Below, piece after piece: positions 41,853-52,522 of a stretch of 64,000 nucleotides of DNA. The notes beneath the pieces are model-generated. The model worked only from the letters and a program-made list of their open reading frames with translations, ran no database searches and was not told the DNA's origin. Origin of the DNA: Tubiluchus corallicola (Eukaryota > Animalia > Priapulida); NCBI GenBank assembly GCA_030141605.1, contig JAQGDQ010000068.1:1-64000 (forward strand), written 5' to 3'. The position numbers were made by a program, and so were the translations under genes. Position 1 is the stretch's first letter. Each line of letters starts with the position of its first letter.

Positions 41853-43112
41853 TAGGCTAAGTTAAGGCTTCGCAGTTAAGGCTTCCATACTAAGTTCGTT
41901 TTGATGTAATAAATTGCTCTGTACCATTACTCGCTGTTTTTGTACTCCTGACAAGAGCTTCTTTACCATCCCGTATAAAGTTTATTATTACATATTATCA
42001 GAAGACCCTTTCATTCCTTTTTCAGTAGTAAAACCCAACGAAGACTTGGAATAAAACAATTTAAAAAATAATTAATGTTGTCATCAAATTATACACGTTC
42101 ATATTAAATCCTGTTTTGTTCAATATTAAGCAGTTACTTTCTTGAGTACATTCATTCAGAGGTTAATTTAACAAGGCCAAGTCTTTGTCATCGATCATTT
42201 AACAAATTTTACAAGGACAATTGACAAAGTTTTGACAACTTTCTCATATTTCCCGTCCATTTGGTTTTTCATTTATATGCCACATTATCACTTTTTGATT
42301 GAGAAAAGTGCATTCACACCTAGGTACCAGGCGTTTTATAAAAGTAAAAATTTACCAAGCCTATACTTAGTATACACTTAAGGCAACCCAGTTGTTGATG
42401 CCAAGATAAAATTGCTTTTCTTAGTTTTTGAGTGGTTTAGCTTAGAAGCTGTCACGTACTATAAACGGAAAAAGGATGTTTCGTTTTTTTGTAGAAGTAA
42501 CAAAATACATTGCCTTTGTCTATACGTGATTGCTTTTATAACGAAGTTAATCTTTATAGTAAGACGTGATTTCTAATCTTATAGCATTCAGTGTACATGA
42601 AGCCACTTAGCTGCGTACATGTCAGAACTGGCATTGACTAACAAATCTATAACAGTTAGTTTACAAGCATAAACTTATTGGCTAAACTCTGCGCCATAAA
42701 CCAATACTGCATTTTGCTGTTTTGCCGACGTAACATTTCGCTCTCATAAACTGTTTAGTTCAATAATCACTTCCATCAACCTTACCGAGAACTCGCGAAA
42801 TACAACATGAACTAGCTAGTCGCCGGAAAAACCTGGCTTCGCTGGCCTTTAAGTGTGTAGCTGCGGAGAGCCTGCGCATCTTCATAGATGTATGCACACA
42901 CTGACCGCCGGACTTCTCTGCGTCCTAGGGATCGTTTGTAACCAAAACAGTGTTAATGAGTTACTCTTCTGGTGCTGTACATGCTGACTGTTGATGGATG
43001 ACCATGACTGCTGTGAGTGGTAATTTTAGTGGAAAAAACTGCGTGGGTGTTGAAGTCGTACTCATGTGTTGACGATGACGGGGTTGAGGTTGATGAAATA
43101 ACACCATGCACT

Positions 43113-43200
43113 ATGAAACTTGGATTCGGTTTTCTCCCTATAGCTACTCTGCTTCTACTGGTTTGTAACTTTAGAATAACATCGCAACTTCTAAGCGGAG
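43113..43200 (+). CDS. nAChRbeta1: nAChR subunit, probable first coding exon (signal peptide MKLGFGFLPIATLLLLVCNFRITSQLLSG+G)
   Basis: ATG 43113 with A at -3 and an in-frame TGA upstream at 43014; basic N-terminus followed by a hydrophobic core; ends GGAG|gtaatt in phase 1, which joins the phase-1 start of the 49535 exon (G+GC = Gly) to give ...LSGGLG-SEDEER. Confidence 0.75.
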
Positions 43201-43799
43201 GTAATTATTTAAACATATTGTTCAGTGAAACCATTCATATTCAATGAAAAGTGAAATAGCCTAACGGACTTCCAATAGTGGAATGTTAGTATAAGTATGA
43301 AAAGGTTTCTTGGTTGATGCAAATTTGTTTTATCAGTAGTATTACGGAAACAGTAGTCAAATTACTGTACGATATGCCCATTTCATTCAGCCTTTTTTAC
43401 AACATCCAGTAATTCTGCGGAAAAAATACGTTTTCGTTTTGTTCAAACGGCTATGAAAAAAAGTTCGTAAGTTTTAAGAGTGTTACGAGCACATTGCAAA
43501 AGTTTTTCCGCTTGAAAGACGGAAGTTCATTTTTTCTTCTCATTGTATTCATAAGGAGAGGACAAAATGGGACAAAATGAGTAATTTGTGATCATATTTT
43601 GCATGCTAATAAATAACTATGCAAATGAGATAAGTAATATTTTAATACGTTTAAAATACATGATAAAAAAAGGTTCAATTTAAATTGGAGAAATGGCCAC
43701 GAAAGAGTAGAAGTCTTGGCAACAAGATTCAGTAGGCCAAGTCCTTAGACTAATAGGAGGTCAGATTAAGTAATTTTGTGCTGCTACTAAAGGTGAGTG

Positions 43800-44480
43800 G
43801 ATGCATACCGATTTACCATGTCGCTTAGGTCCTCAAACTGAAAAGTTTAAATGATGAGATTGACTAGTTAAAGTCCTTGGGGTAGGTAGTGAAGATACTC
43901 ACATGAAAAAGCTTGTGCGCCATATTACTTTCTGTGAATAGGTTCATCGAATAACGACCATATTTTAGATATTCAGAGTAACTGATTATTGAGTAGATTT
44001 TACATTCATAGTCTGAGCAGCCAGATATAGAAATGCAGAATTCAAATTGAGGACCCAACCCTGAGTAGTTCGGGTAAGAAAATAGGCGGAGCAGTACAAG
44101 ATGAAAAGAATAATTTTAATATATTATTAGCCAATTTTCCACTTTGCGGATACATTATAGTCCTCACATTTTACCTTAGGGGTAAGTCTTTAATATGTTT
44201 CAGATACTCAGAGTATCTAATGCCTGAGTAGTGTTTGTAGTGAATTTGAGTAGTTTTTGTGCGCAGGTTGATTAGCTTTGGTCGCAGATTAAAAATTTGG
44301 GCGTTGGACTGAGTAGTTAGGTGGTTAGGTTTTGAATCTACTTTTTACATTAAAAATGCCTGAATTAGATTGTTTGCCTAGTCTGAGTAGTTCGGGTAAG
44401 AAATGGGAAAAGGAATAAATTATTAGTTCCTATTTTTAGCCGAATCTTGACTCTTGAGTGCTAGACTATTCGTCCACTCA
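43800..44480. repeat. Degenerate direct repeats rich in tgagtag/tactca (probable DNA-element remnant) in intron 1
   Basis: ctgagtagttcgggtaagaaa at about 44061 and 44383; agata(t/c)tcagagta at about 43966 and 44202. Confidence 0.5.
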
Positions 44481-45292
44481 GGATAAGCTAATGAATCTAT
44501 TCGCAGAAAATATCAAAGCGCACAAGCTATGTATCTTCACTTTCCAATCTTAGAAGCTAAACTAGTCAATCTGATCACTTAAACTTCTTGATTGAGATCC
44601 TACGCTGCTCGACAAATCTATGCGCCTACCCATAGATACGCGTCGTGCACAATGTGCAAGTGAGAAATAGTAGAAGAAATCACTATGACAGATGCTTACA
44701 AAATACGCATTAGAAACTGACTAAATATTTGGGAATTTTTCCGTCCTCTGATAAGAACATGTCTTCCCGTTTTCTATTTGCAAAAACATTCACCCTGTCA
44801 CGATGTGTTTGTAAAAAGGATAGTGAAAAAGGAAAGAAACGATTTGTAAACGTGTAGGCGGGCGCTTAAAATACTTGGCCTTGTTTTCATGTATTTCTTG
44901 AAAGTTTATTTTTTGCTGTTATATAATACTCGTCTCAAAAGGCAAAAGCGATTATTTTCTGTTAATGTGAGTGATGTGGAACGCGGTAACACAAATAAAA
45001 AAACAAATTTTTTAAATCCATTAGACATAATATACGTACAATAATAATTTATTCTGATAACACAATCATTTTGGTCATAACCCGTGGCTGTCTTCAGGTG
45101 TATTGAAGCAATATAACATGGGAAACCTTTTGTTAAAGATAGAACAAACTAAAATTTACAATTTTTTTAGACTAGTACAGTAATTGTTGAAATCACAAAA
45201 AAGTACAACTATTTAGAACCAGACACCTTTTTGGATGTACAATCATACGATTTATGTTTATATTTTTATTAATCTCTTATATTAATATTCTT

Positions 45293-45294
<2 letters not shown>

Positions 45295-45337
<43 letters not shown>

Positions 45338-45353
45338 TTATTTATATATATAT
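45295..45353. repeat. (TA)n microsatellite
   Basis: Directly visible. Confidence 0.95.
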
Positions 45354-45900
45354 AAGATTCGAGGCTACAGCCCGGACGAGGGCACCATTTGCGGCGATCT
45401 ATATATCAAACGAAAGGTCTCGATCTAGTGTCGTGCCATTGATGGTTTATTTTTCGAATGGGGCCCACCGGGAGAAGGGGGAGGCGAAAAACCTCCAAAA
45501 ATGGCCCTTTTTCGGCCGTTTTTTGCAAAAGTTATACGGCTGAGATGTAGAGAACGGGAACGGGCCGAGGGTGGTGCTGGGTATGGATAGATAGCCCGTT
45601 CAGCGGTGGGTGTAGTAGGCATATTTAGAATTCCCGAGAGGGCCACGGCGTCCCGTAACGGGCGTTTTCCCGGACCCAACTCGCGACTTTTTCGAAATTT
45701 TGACCAAACAGCCTGCGGGAAAAACGTTCTAGCGTCGCCCAGTGGGACTCTCGGAAGGAGATATATAGCTCTTTACAAAGAGGAAGGACAGGGCTACACG
45801 ATGATGTAGGTTATATTTTAGAGCAGGTCCACCGAGAGGAGTACTGGCGAGTTAATTAGAAGTTCCATTTTCGGCAATTTTCGCTTAGAAAACTGCTGAC
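45354..45900. mobile_element. GC/CpG-rich insertion abutting (TA)n, possibly a non-autonomous Helitron/Helentron
   Basis: Abrupt compositional switch after the TA run; tatatcaaacgaaagg motif of the kind seen in rolling-circle element derivatives; no TIR or TSD found. Confidence 0.35.
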
Positions 45901-46214
45901 GCAAAGGCATTGTTGTGACGTCATCCATTGTACTCTGCTGTAATCTTATAACTTTAATTCAGCAAAAAGCTGCTACAGGCAAAGTAAACAAACAGTAGAC
46001 ACGATGTTACGGGCTTTGTGTTATAAATGTGGACTAGGTAGGATGTTCGCGTATTATTGATTACACGTGTATTTATACGCAAAATCTTTTGCGGGGCGTT
46101 TGCTATTTATTATATTATAGCACATAGTTTCAACTTTGTGAAAAATGTTTGGAATGGTTTTGTTGTAATGCTGTGCTGTTGGTGCTTGTGCTATAGGTGT
46201 TGTCATCGTTGCCA

Positions 46215-47132
46215 CCATCATCATCATCATCATCATCAACATCATGATCACAACGTGAGGTGGTGGATTTGATGTGGTGTGGTGGTGGTGTGCTTTGTGT
46301 GTTGTGCTATGGATGGTGTGGAGGGGTGATAGGGTGTGTGGGGTGTGGTGTGGGTAGTGTGGTATGGAGTGGGTGGCGTGGTGTGTGGGTGGGTGGTGTG
46401 ATGTGGTGGAGTCGTATGGTGTGGGTGGTGTGGTGTGTGGGTGGTGTGGTGTGCTGCAGTGGTATGTTGTGGTGCGGTGTGGTGTGATGTGATGTGGTGG
46501 AGTGGTATGGTGTGGGTGGTGTGGTGTGTAGGTGGGTGGGTGGTGTGGTGCAGTGTGGTGTTATGGTGTGGTGCTGTGCGGTGTGATGTGGTGGAGTATT
46601 ATGGTGTGGGTGGTGTGGCGTGGTGTGGTGTGTGGGTGGTGTGATGTGGTGGAGTCGTATGGTGTGGGTGGTGTGGTGTGTGGGTGGTGCGGTGTGCTGC
46701 AGCGGTATAGTGTGGTGCGGTGTGGTGTGTAGGTGGGTGGGTGGTGTGGTGCAGTGTGGTGTTATGGTGTGGTGCTGTGTGGTGTGGTGCAGTGTGGTGT
46801 TATGGTGTGGTGCTGTGTGGTGTGATGTGGTGGAGTATTATGGTGTGGGTGGTGTGGTGTGTGGGTGGTGCAGTGGTATGGTGTGGTGCAGTGTGGTGTG
46901 ATGTGGTGGAGTGGTATGGTGTGGGTGGTGTGATGTGTAGGTGGTATGGTGTGGTGCGGTGTGGTGTGATGTGGTGGAGTGGTATGGTGTGGGTGGTGTG
47001 GTGTGTAGGTGGGTGGGTGGTGTGGTGCAGTGTGGTGTTATGGTGTGGTGCTGTGCGGTGTGATGTGGTGGAGTGGTATGGTGTGGTGCAGTGTGGTGTG
47101 ATGAGGTGGAGTGGTGGAGTGGTGTGGTGTGG
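46215..47132. repeat. (CAT)n followed by an about 880-bp GT-rich complex minisatellite (GTG/GTGTG base units)
   Basis: Directly visible; recurring anchor gatgtggtggagt. Confidence 0.92.
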
Positions 47133-47199
47133 GTTTTGTGTTGATTTGTGCACAAAATTCTTTTTGTGGGGTTTGGCTATATTAATATTAATATTTATA

Positions 47200-47204
47200 C
47201 ATAT

Positions 47205-47282
<78 letters not shown>

Positions 47283-47345
47283 GCACGCACGCACGCACAC
47301 GCACAAACATACACACGCACGCACGCACGCACACACACACACATG
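47200..47345. repeat. (CA)n / (CACG)n microsatellite
   Basis: Directly visible. Confidence 0.95.
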
Positions 47346-47860
47346 TACATATATACTCGCACATTTACACACCGTACGTACATATACACGTATTATTGAT
47401 ACTGTGTTTGTATTTACTTAATACAATTAGTGTGTTCCGTTGTCTGTACAGCTGTGCATGTCTTGTCGTGTGAGTGCTCGTTTTTAAGAAATAAGAAAAC
47501 GTTGTAACGACTTAGGTGTCATTAGCAGCTTGTACAATGTTGCGCAAAGCGGTTCGTGGAAACAGATTAAAATTTGAAAACAACTTACTAGGCAATGGCT
47601 CTTTTATTAGCTAGTAAAACCTAACAAAGCACCTGTCAACAAACTTTTGTGGTCCGTCTGTTTTCAGACACGGCATTGTCTAAATGTCTGAATGGGAACT
47701 TCAAGGAGCAGAAAATGGCTTCGTAACACGCACAAAAGGCGTCCGTTTGACAGCTGCTTTATTGTGCTCTTCTAACTTTTTGTTTTAATGGGACACGCAA
47801 TAAAGCATTGGGAGATTTTATTCTTTTACTGAAAGCGCGACATCTGGTGTATATCTCAGG

Positions 47861-47955
47861 CAGCAGCAGTAGCAGCAATAGCCCCAATGCAGCAGCAGCA
47901 ACAACAACAGCAGCACCAGCACCTGCATCAGCAGCAGCAGCAGCAGCAGCAGCAG
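47861..47955. repeat. (CAG/CAA)n trinucleotide array
   Basis: Directly visible. Confidence 0.85.
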
Positions 47956-48209
47956 AGCTTGCAGAGGTGAGATTGACTGTGGTAATGGTAGGGCTTGGCG
48001 GTAGCCGTAACCGTAGCGATGGAAACAGAAGTAAATTCTGTAGCTACTTCTACTTTAGAAACTTTGACCATCATAATTAAAGATAGACGATCAATATTAT
48101 TTCTGAATGTTCTACTAGCTGCAGTTAAGCAGCGCCAATAAGGCGTCAAAGAGTGTCAAGAAGGGGGTGCATGCAATGTGGGGTGTTCAGGGTATAAAGC
48201 AGGCGTTAA

Positions 48210-48866
48210 AGTACAAGAAAACCCTTCACTTACATAAATCTTAAAAAATTCTTCTTGAAATTTATACCACTTACATACTGCTTTTTTGCGTCGGCTGTAG
48301 CTCTGTATAAAACTTGTAAATTTAAACTTCCGTGATGACCATATAGGCGCAGCCATGTTAATGGAATGTCGTTTGGTACAAGTTTAGATAACATTGCGTG
48401 AAGTTTGAAAAAATAACTAGAGCATTCATAACACACACATTACTAAGTAAAATTTTAAATGACTGTATCTTATCAATAAGATTAAAAATACGTTTCTGGT
48501 TAGTGAGTGGCGCACCCTGGAGGGTAAGCTAGCGACATTTTACCAATTGGCACGAACATTTCAAATTATTATTTCTAATTATATAAGTCTTTCCAGCAGG
48601 CAAACGAAATGCCAAGTAATATGATTTGCATGGAAAGTTTTTTGGGACATAATTTAACATTGGCTTTTCTTCCCCTGCTTTACGTTGTGCGTATATGAAG
48701 TCATGTAATGACACCATCGGAACAGTATCGATGCAGATTTAAAATAAAAACAAACAAAAATTCCTTTCAACGTGAGTAAATATATATGCATAAAATTACT
48801 GTACAGTAATATAATTTTTAAGGCGATTTTTCTGAAACTTACTCTAGGTACCCCTTTTCTTGTCAT
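48210..48866 (+). mobile_element. Non-autonomous TTAA-type (Kolobok-like) DNA element, most complete copy, in intron 1
   Basis: ttaa|agtacaagaaaa ... ttttcttgtcat|ttaa: imperfect TIRs with TTAA on both sides; homologous to 1940-2468 and 60270-60614. Confidence 0.75.
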
Positions 48867-49044
48867 TTAAGAGTGTTACAAAGTAGCTAAATATTCACAA
48901 GGATTTTTGGTGCCCGGCTAATTCTCGTAAGTCGTTATTCATCAAGAAACTATTGTCGAGCATGGTCACAAAAGGAAGCAAGTCACTATCATCTTTAATT
49001 GCAGCAATTGTCGCAGATATTATTATTACTTCATTATTGCTGTC

Positions 49045-49208
49045 ATGGTCATCATCATCATCATCATCATCACCAACTCCAACATCACCACCACCACTTA
49101 TCACGAATAACACTACTAGTACCACGTTGTCGTCGTCGTCGTCCATGTGATCCTGATCATGATCATGACCATCATAATCGTCATCATCATCGCTTGATCA
49201 TCGTCATC
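49045..49208. repeat. (CAT/CAC/GTC)n compound trinucleotide array
   Basis: Directly visible. Confidence 0.8.
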
Positions 49209-49534
49209 AAAAGGGGAGTTGAAATCTACAAGCATATATAGAGTTAAATTACAACCTTGCTACGATAACTATGTTACAAATATCCGCAGTTTATTTCGTT
49301 TTTCTTTATCTTTCTCTCTCTGTCTCCCTCTCCTCTCCCTCTCTTCTCTCTCCTCACTTTTTCTCTTTTTTTCGCATCTTATACCTCTTTCTGAGGCGCG
49401 TTTTGTTCATCTCTTCCAAAATGGATGAACTCGTCAGTACATGTAGACAGTACAATTTTACATTATGTTGCTGGCAACTAGGTATTTACTAGTACAGATC
49501 AAGCATGTTGATGCTGTTTATTCTTTATTTCCAG

Positions 49535-49671
49535 GCTTAGGATCTGAAGACGAAGAGCGGCTGGTACGGGATCTGTTCAAAGGCTACAATAAGCTCATTC
49601 GACCTGTTCAGAACATGACAAACATCGTGAATGTGGCGTTCGGAATGGCACTCATTCAGCTCATTAATGTG
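49535..49671 (+). CDS. nAChRbeta1: nAChR beta1/UNC-29-like subunit exon 2 (LGSEDEERLVRDLFKGYNKLIRPVQNMTNIVNVAFGMALIQLINV)
   Basis: Acceptor ttctttatttccag|, donor GTG|gtaatt; translation closely matches the insect beta1 N-terminus SEDEERLVRDLFRGYNKLIRPVQNMT, including the NMT glycosylation sequon. Confidence 0.96.
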
Positions 49672-51460
49672 GTAATTCTCTGCTCACTTAATCACTAAAA
49701 CACTTTGTCATTCACACTCAGGTTGTACGTCTGAAGCTGCAAGTGATTAAATGATAAGATTGCGAGGGCGTTTAACATCTTTATATTTCTAAGAAAAGAA
49801 AAAGTTCTGTAAAAAGTGCAAAATGACATATCCGCTAATCTAAGCGATGTATAGATTGCCGTCGCTATAATTAATATCATCGCTCATTGCCAGTGCAAAG
49901 CACTTCCAAATTGCCAATGCAGTGTAGAGCAAAACATAATTGCAAAATACTATTATATGACAGACTGAATGAAGAACGCTTAATATATTACTAGCCATCT
50001 TTAAAACGAGTAACACAGTGATGAGTAAAACAAGTAAATCCGTTTATCTGAACCAATAATCATTTGTGTTACTCATTATAACTTATCGCTGAGCTATATC
50101 TTATTAAGATTATTATATTACTGATGTTATATCTGTATAGTGTACTTTTGCATAATATATTGCTGTATATATATTTTTGGTATTTGGAACAGATAAACTT
50201 CAAACTTCAGACATGTGAAAAATCCCTTTCGACGAACGCCGAAAAGACAAATTCCAGTGTGCCATTGTTGTTTTCAACTACTACTGTTGAAAATGTCGCT
50301 CTGGTCAAGATATAGAGAGTGATACATTCTCTGTATCTAATGAAGGTTTCCTGCGATGCCTTCTGCTAGTAGAAAGCTGAGAAAATGATCTAGAGCTGCT
50401 TGAAAAATCCTGTAAATTGAAGGATCTATTTTAAGACTCCCTACGACTGAATAATTAATTTTGACGAATGCCCAGAAGAAGAAGAGCGAGAAAACAACAT
50501 TGATATTGATGATGATGACGACTCGCGTTTTTTTGCCCTAAAAAGGATAAACGGAAAAATTAGGATATCAGCGAGGTAATCGCATTCCTCTCGCGGCTTT
50601 TCCTAATTCTCTTAATGTAATTGGTGAAAAATTGTTGTCAGCGGCTGTACAAATCTGTACGTGTTAGCGCCGTTATTCCCAAATTCATTTTACAGACTAA
50701 TTTAGTGTTTGAATAAAGTTGATATTGCTTTGCAGAATGACATTGTATTGAAAAATAGGACATCAGTTTGAAACCGAATCGCTAATTATTGTTTATATTA
50801 ATTGCCTTTTAGATTGCTATTTTTAAATTATAGTAAAGAGAATTTTGCAGCCATCTATTATGGTGGTGCAATAAAGAACTGAAACCTGTTTCTTTAAGGC
50901 AAACATGCGATGCATTTCTAAATTACTTTTCTGCAATCTTTTGCATTAGAAATGAATGAGATTTATTTAATTTCGTTACCTGATACCTTGATTGGATGAA
51001 ATTGTCATAAAATTAAACTTTTCGCCGATGTTTAATTTTCGCCGTGACGTTGTTTGCCGAACCATTTGCGGTTTACCAAAGCATAATAAACGATCGTCGA
51101 CTGGCAATTAGTTTTATTGCTTCGCTTGGCAGAGCGTTTTCCGGAAATTTGTTATAATAATCCCGTACACAGTTAAAATTGACATATCATTATTAAAGCT
51201 TGGTTAACTCTGTCTCTTGGAGTTTAATGTTAAGATGACTATCCAATGTATCAAAATATCTTGGCGCAGTGAAGTAACTTTGTTACTGATCAGCATTTAT
51301 GTCTTGGTCTACAATCCGTGAACACAAACTCATGTTAAAAATCAGATTTGTTACTTGTAAAATTCATTATTTGGCTTCCTAGTTTATTATTTCGTTTATT
51401 CATAATAGGCTCAGGAACTGTGAAAGATTTAATTATACTTTTAATTGTGTTTCGTTACAG

Positions 51461-51505
51461 GATGAAAAAAACCAGATTTTGAAGACAAATGTGTGGCTAC
51501 GTTTT
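51461..51505 (+). CDS. nAChRbeta1: nAChR exon 3, 45 nt, loop D (DEKNQILKTNVWLRF)
   Basis: Acceptor tttcgttacag|, donor TTT|gtaagt; phase 0/0; the typical 45-nt DEKNQ...NVWL exon of nAChR genes. Confidence 0.96.
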
Positions 51506-52466
51506 GTAAGTATTCGAAATTAATATAGTCGGATAGTTACCAAATGATCTGTAATGAATAACATTATTTATAAGGCCAAAAATATTACAATGACGACGGC
51601 CAAGAGGTTCAGGCTTCAATTCTTGCAATCATGTACTCCATAACCAGTAGTGATGACGTAAAAATGCGAATTGAATGCAGGAATTTTATAGGGAGAAACT
51701 TTATAGCCAGACTTAAGTCACATGTTCTCCATGCTGGTTGAGAGTGGGCAGGGGCAGGTGTTGAGCTCGCAGACACACCTACATGTTATTCAACTGAAAC
51801 GACGAGGCTATTCCATATATCAGTGGCATGCAGTGCTGGTATACTGTCATTGGGTCCCTTTATATCGTGGTTCTGCCCATGATCGTGGTGTAGTATATGG
51901 CCTTGTTGACACAGTTAATAGTAAGATCCGATAAAAATACGCACCGAACTGTATGTTTAGTTTTGTCGACGTCTGTTTATTTCAAGATGAAGCACTTTTC
52001 TGATCTGAGTGTTCTAAACATATCACTATGATAAAGGACATAAGTGATAAGCGATGACTTTTTTCCAATGAGCCCAATTTACCAAACTTAAAAGCAGTTC
52101 TGGAGTCTGAGTGCGAGCTAATTAGAGAGCTTACTGAGTGACTGCCAGTGAGTTACTGAGTGTGTCAGCTTATTCGTTATATTTTTCTATTCGTTTTATT
52201 CGTTATAACAGCCGACGCTTAACTAAATCAGGAAGCTTTTTTTAACTAGGTGACATTTCTGATGTACCGGCTGGTACCAACAATTACTAGATCAGTGAGC
52301 TAGTTGTAAACTTAGCGTCAACTCCAACAACGAACAATGAAATATACTTGTCGACAAAAAAAATCAGTGACCCTATAGTAATGCAATGGCTTCGTAAGAT
52401 GCAATCCACTGGAATACAGAACGGGGGTTCTTGAAAAATGGCTTCAGTGCAATATTATTTCTCAGC

Positions 52467-52467
<1 letters not shown>

Positions 52468-52520
<53 letters not shown>
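52468..52520. repeat. (AAT)n microsatellite
   Basis: Directly visible. Confidence 0.95.

Positions 52521-52522
<2 letters not shown>

Noticed and set aside
44430-44439. Perfect MEF2-like sites (ctatttttag here; ctaaaaatag at 3597-3606) suggesting muscle expression
   Set aside because: Expected by chance in 64 kb of AT-rich DNA, and this one lies in a repeat remnant
50310-50530. Acidic coding-like stretch (FDECPEEEERENNIDIDDDDDSR) in intron 2
   Set aside because: In-frame stops nearby, no compatible splice sites and no family recognised; likely a transposon tail or trinucleotide noise
51690-51990. Solo-LTR-like segment in intron 3
   Set aside because: TATA-like and AATAAA motifs are in the wrong order, and no TG...CA ends with a TSD were found
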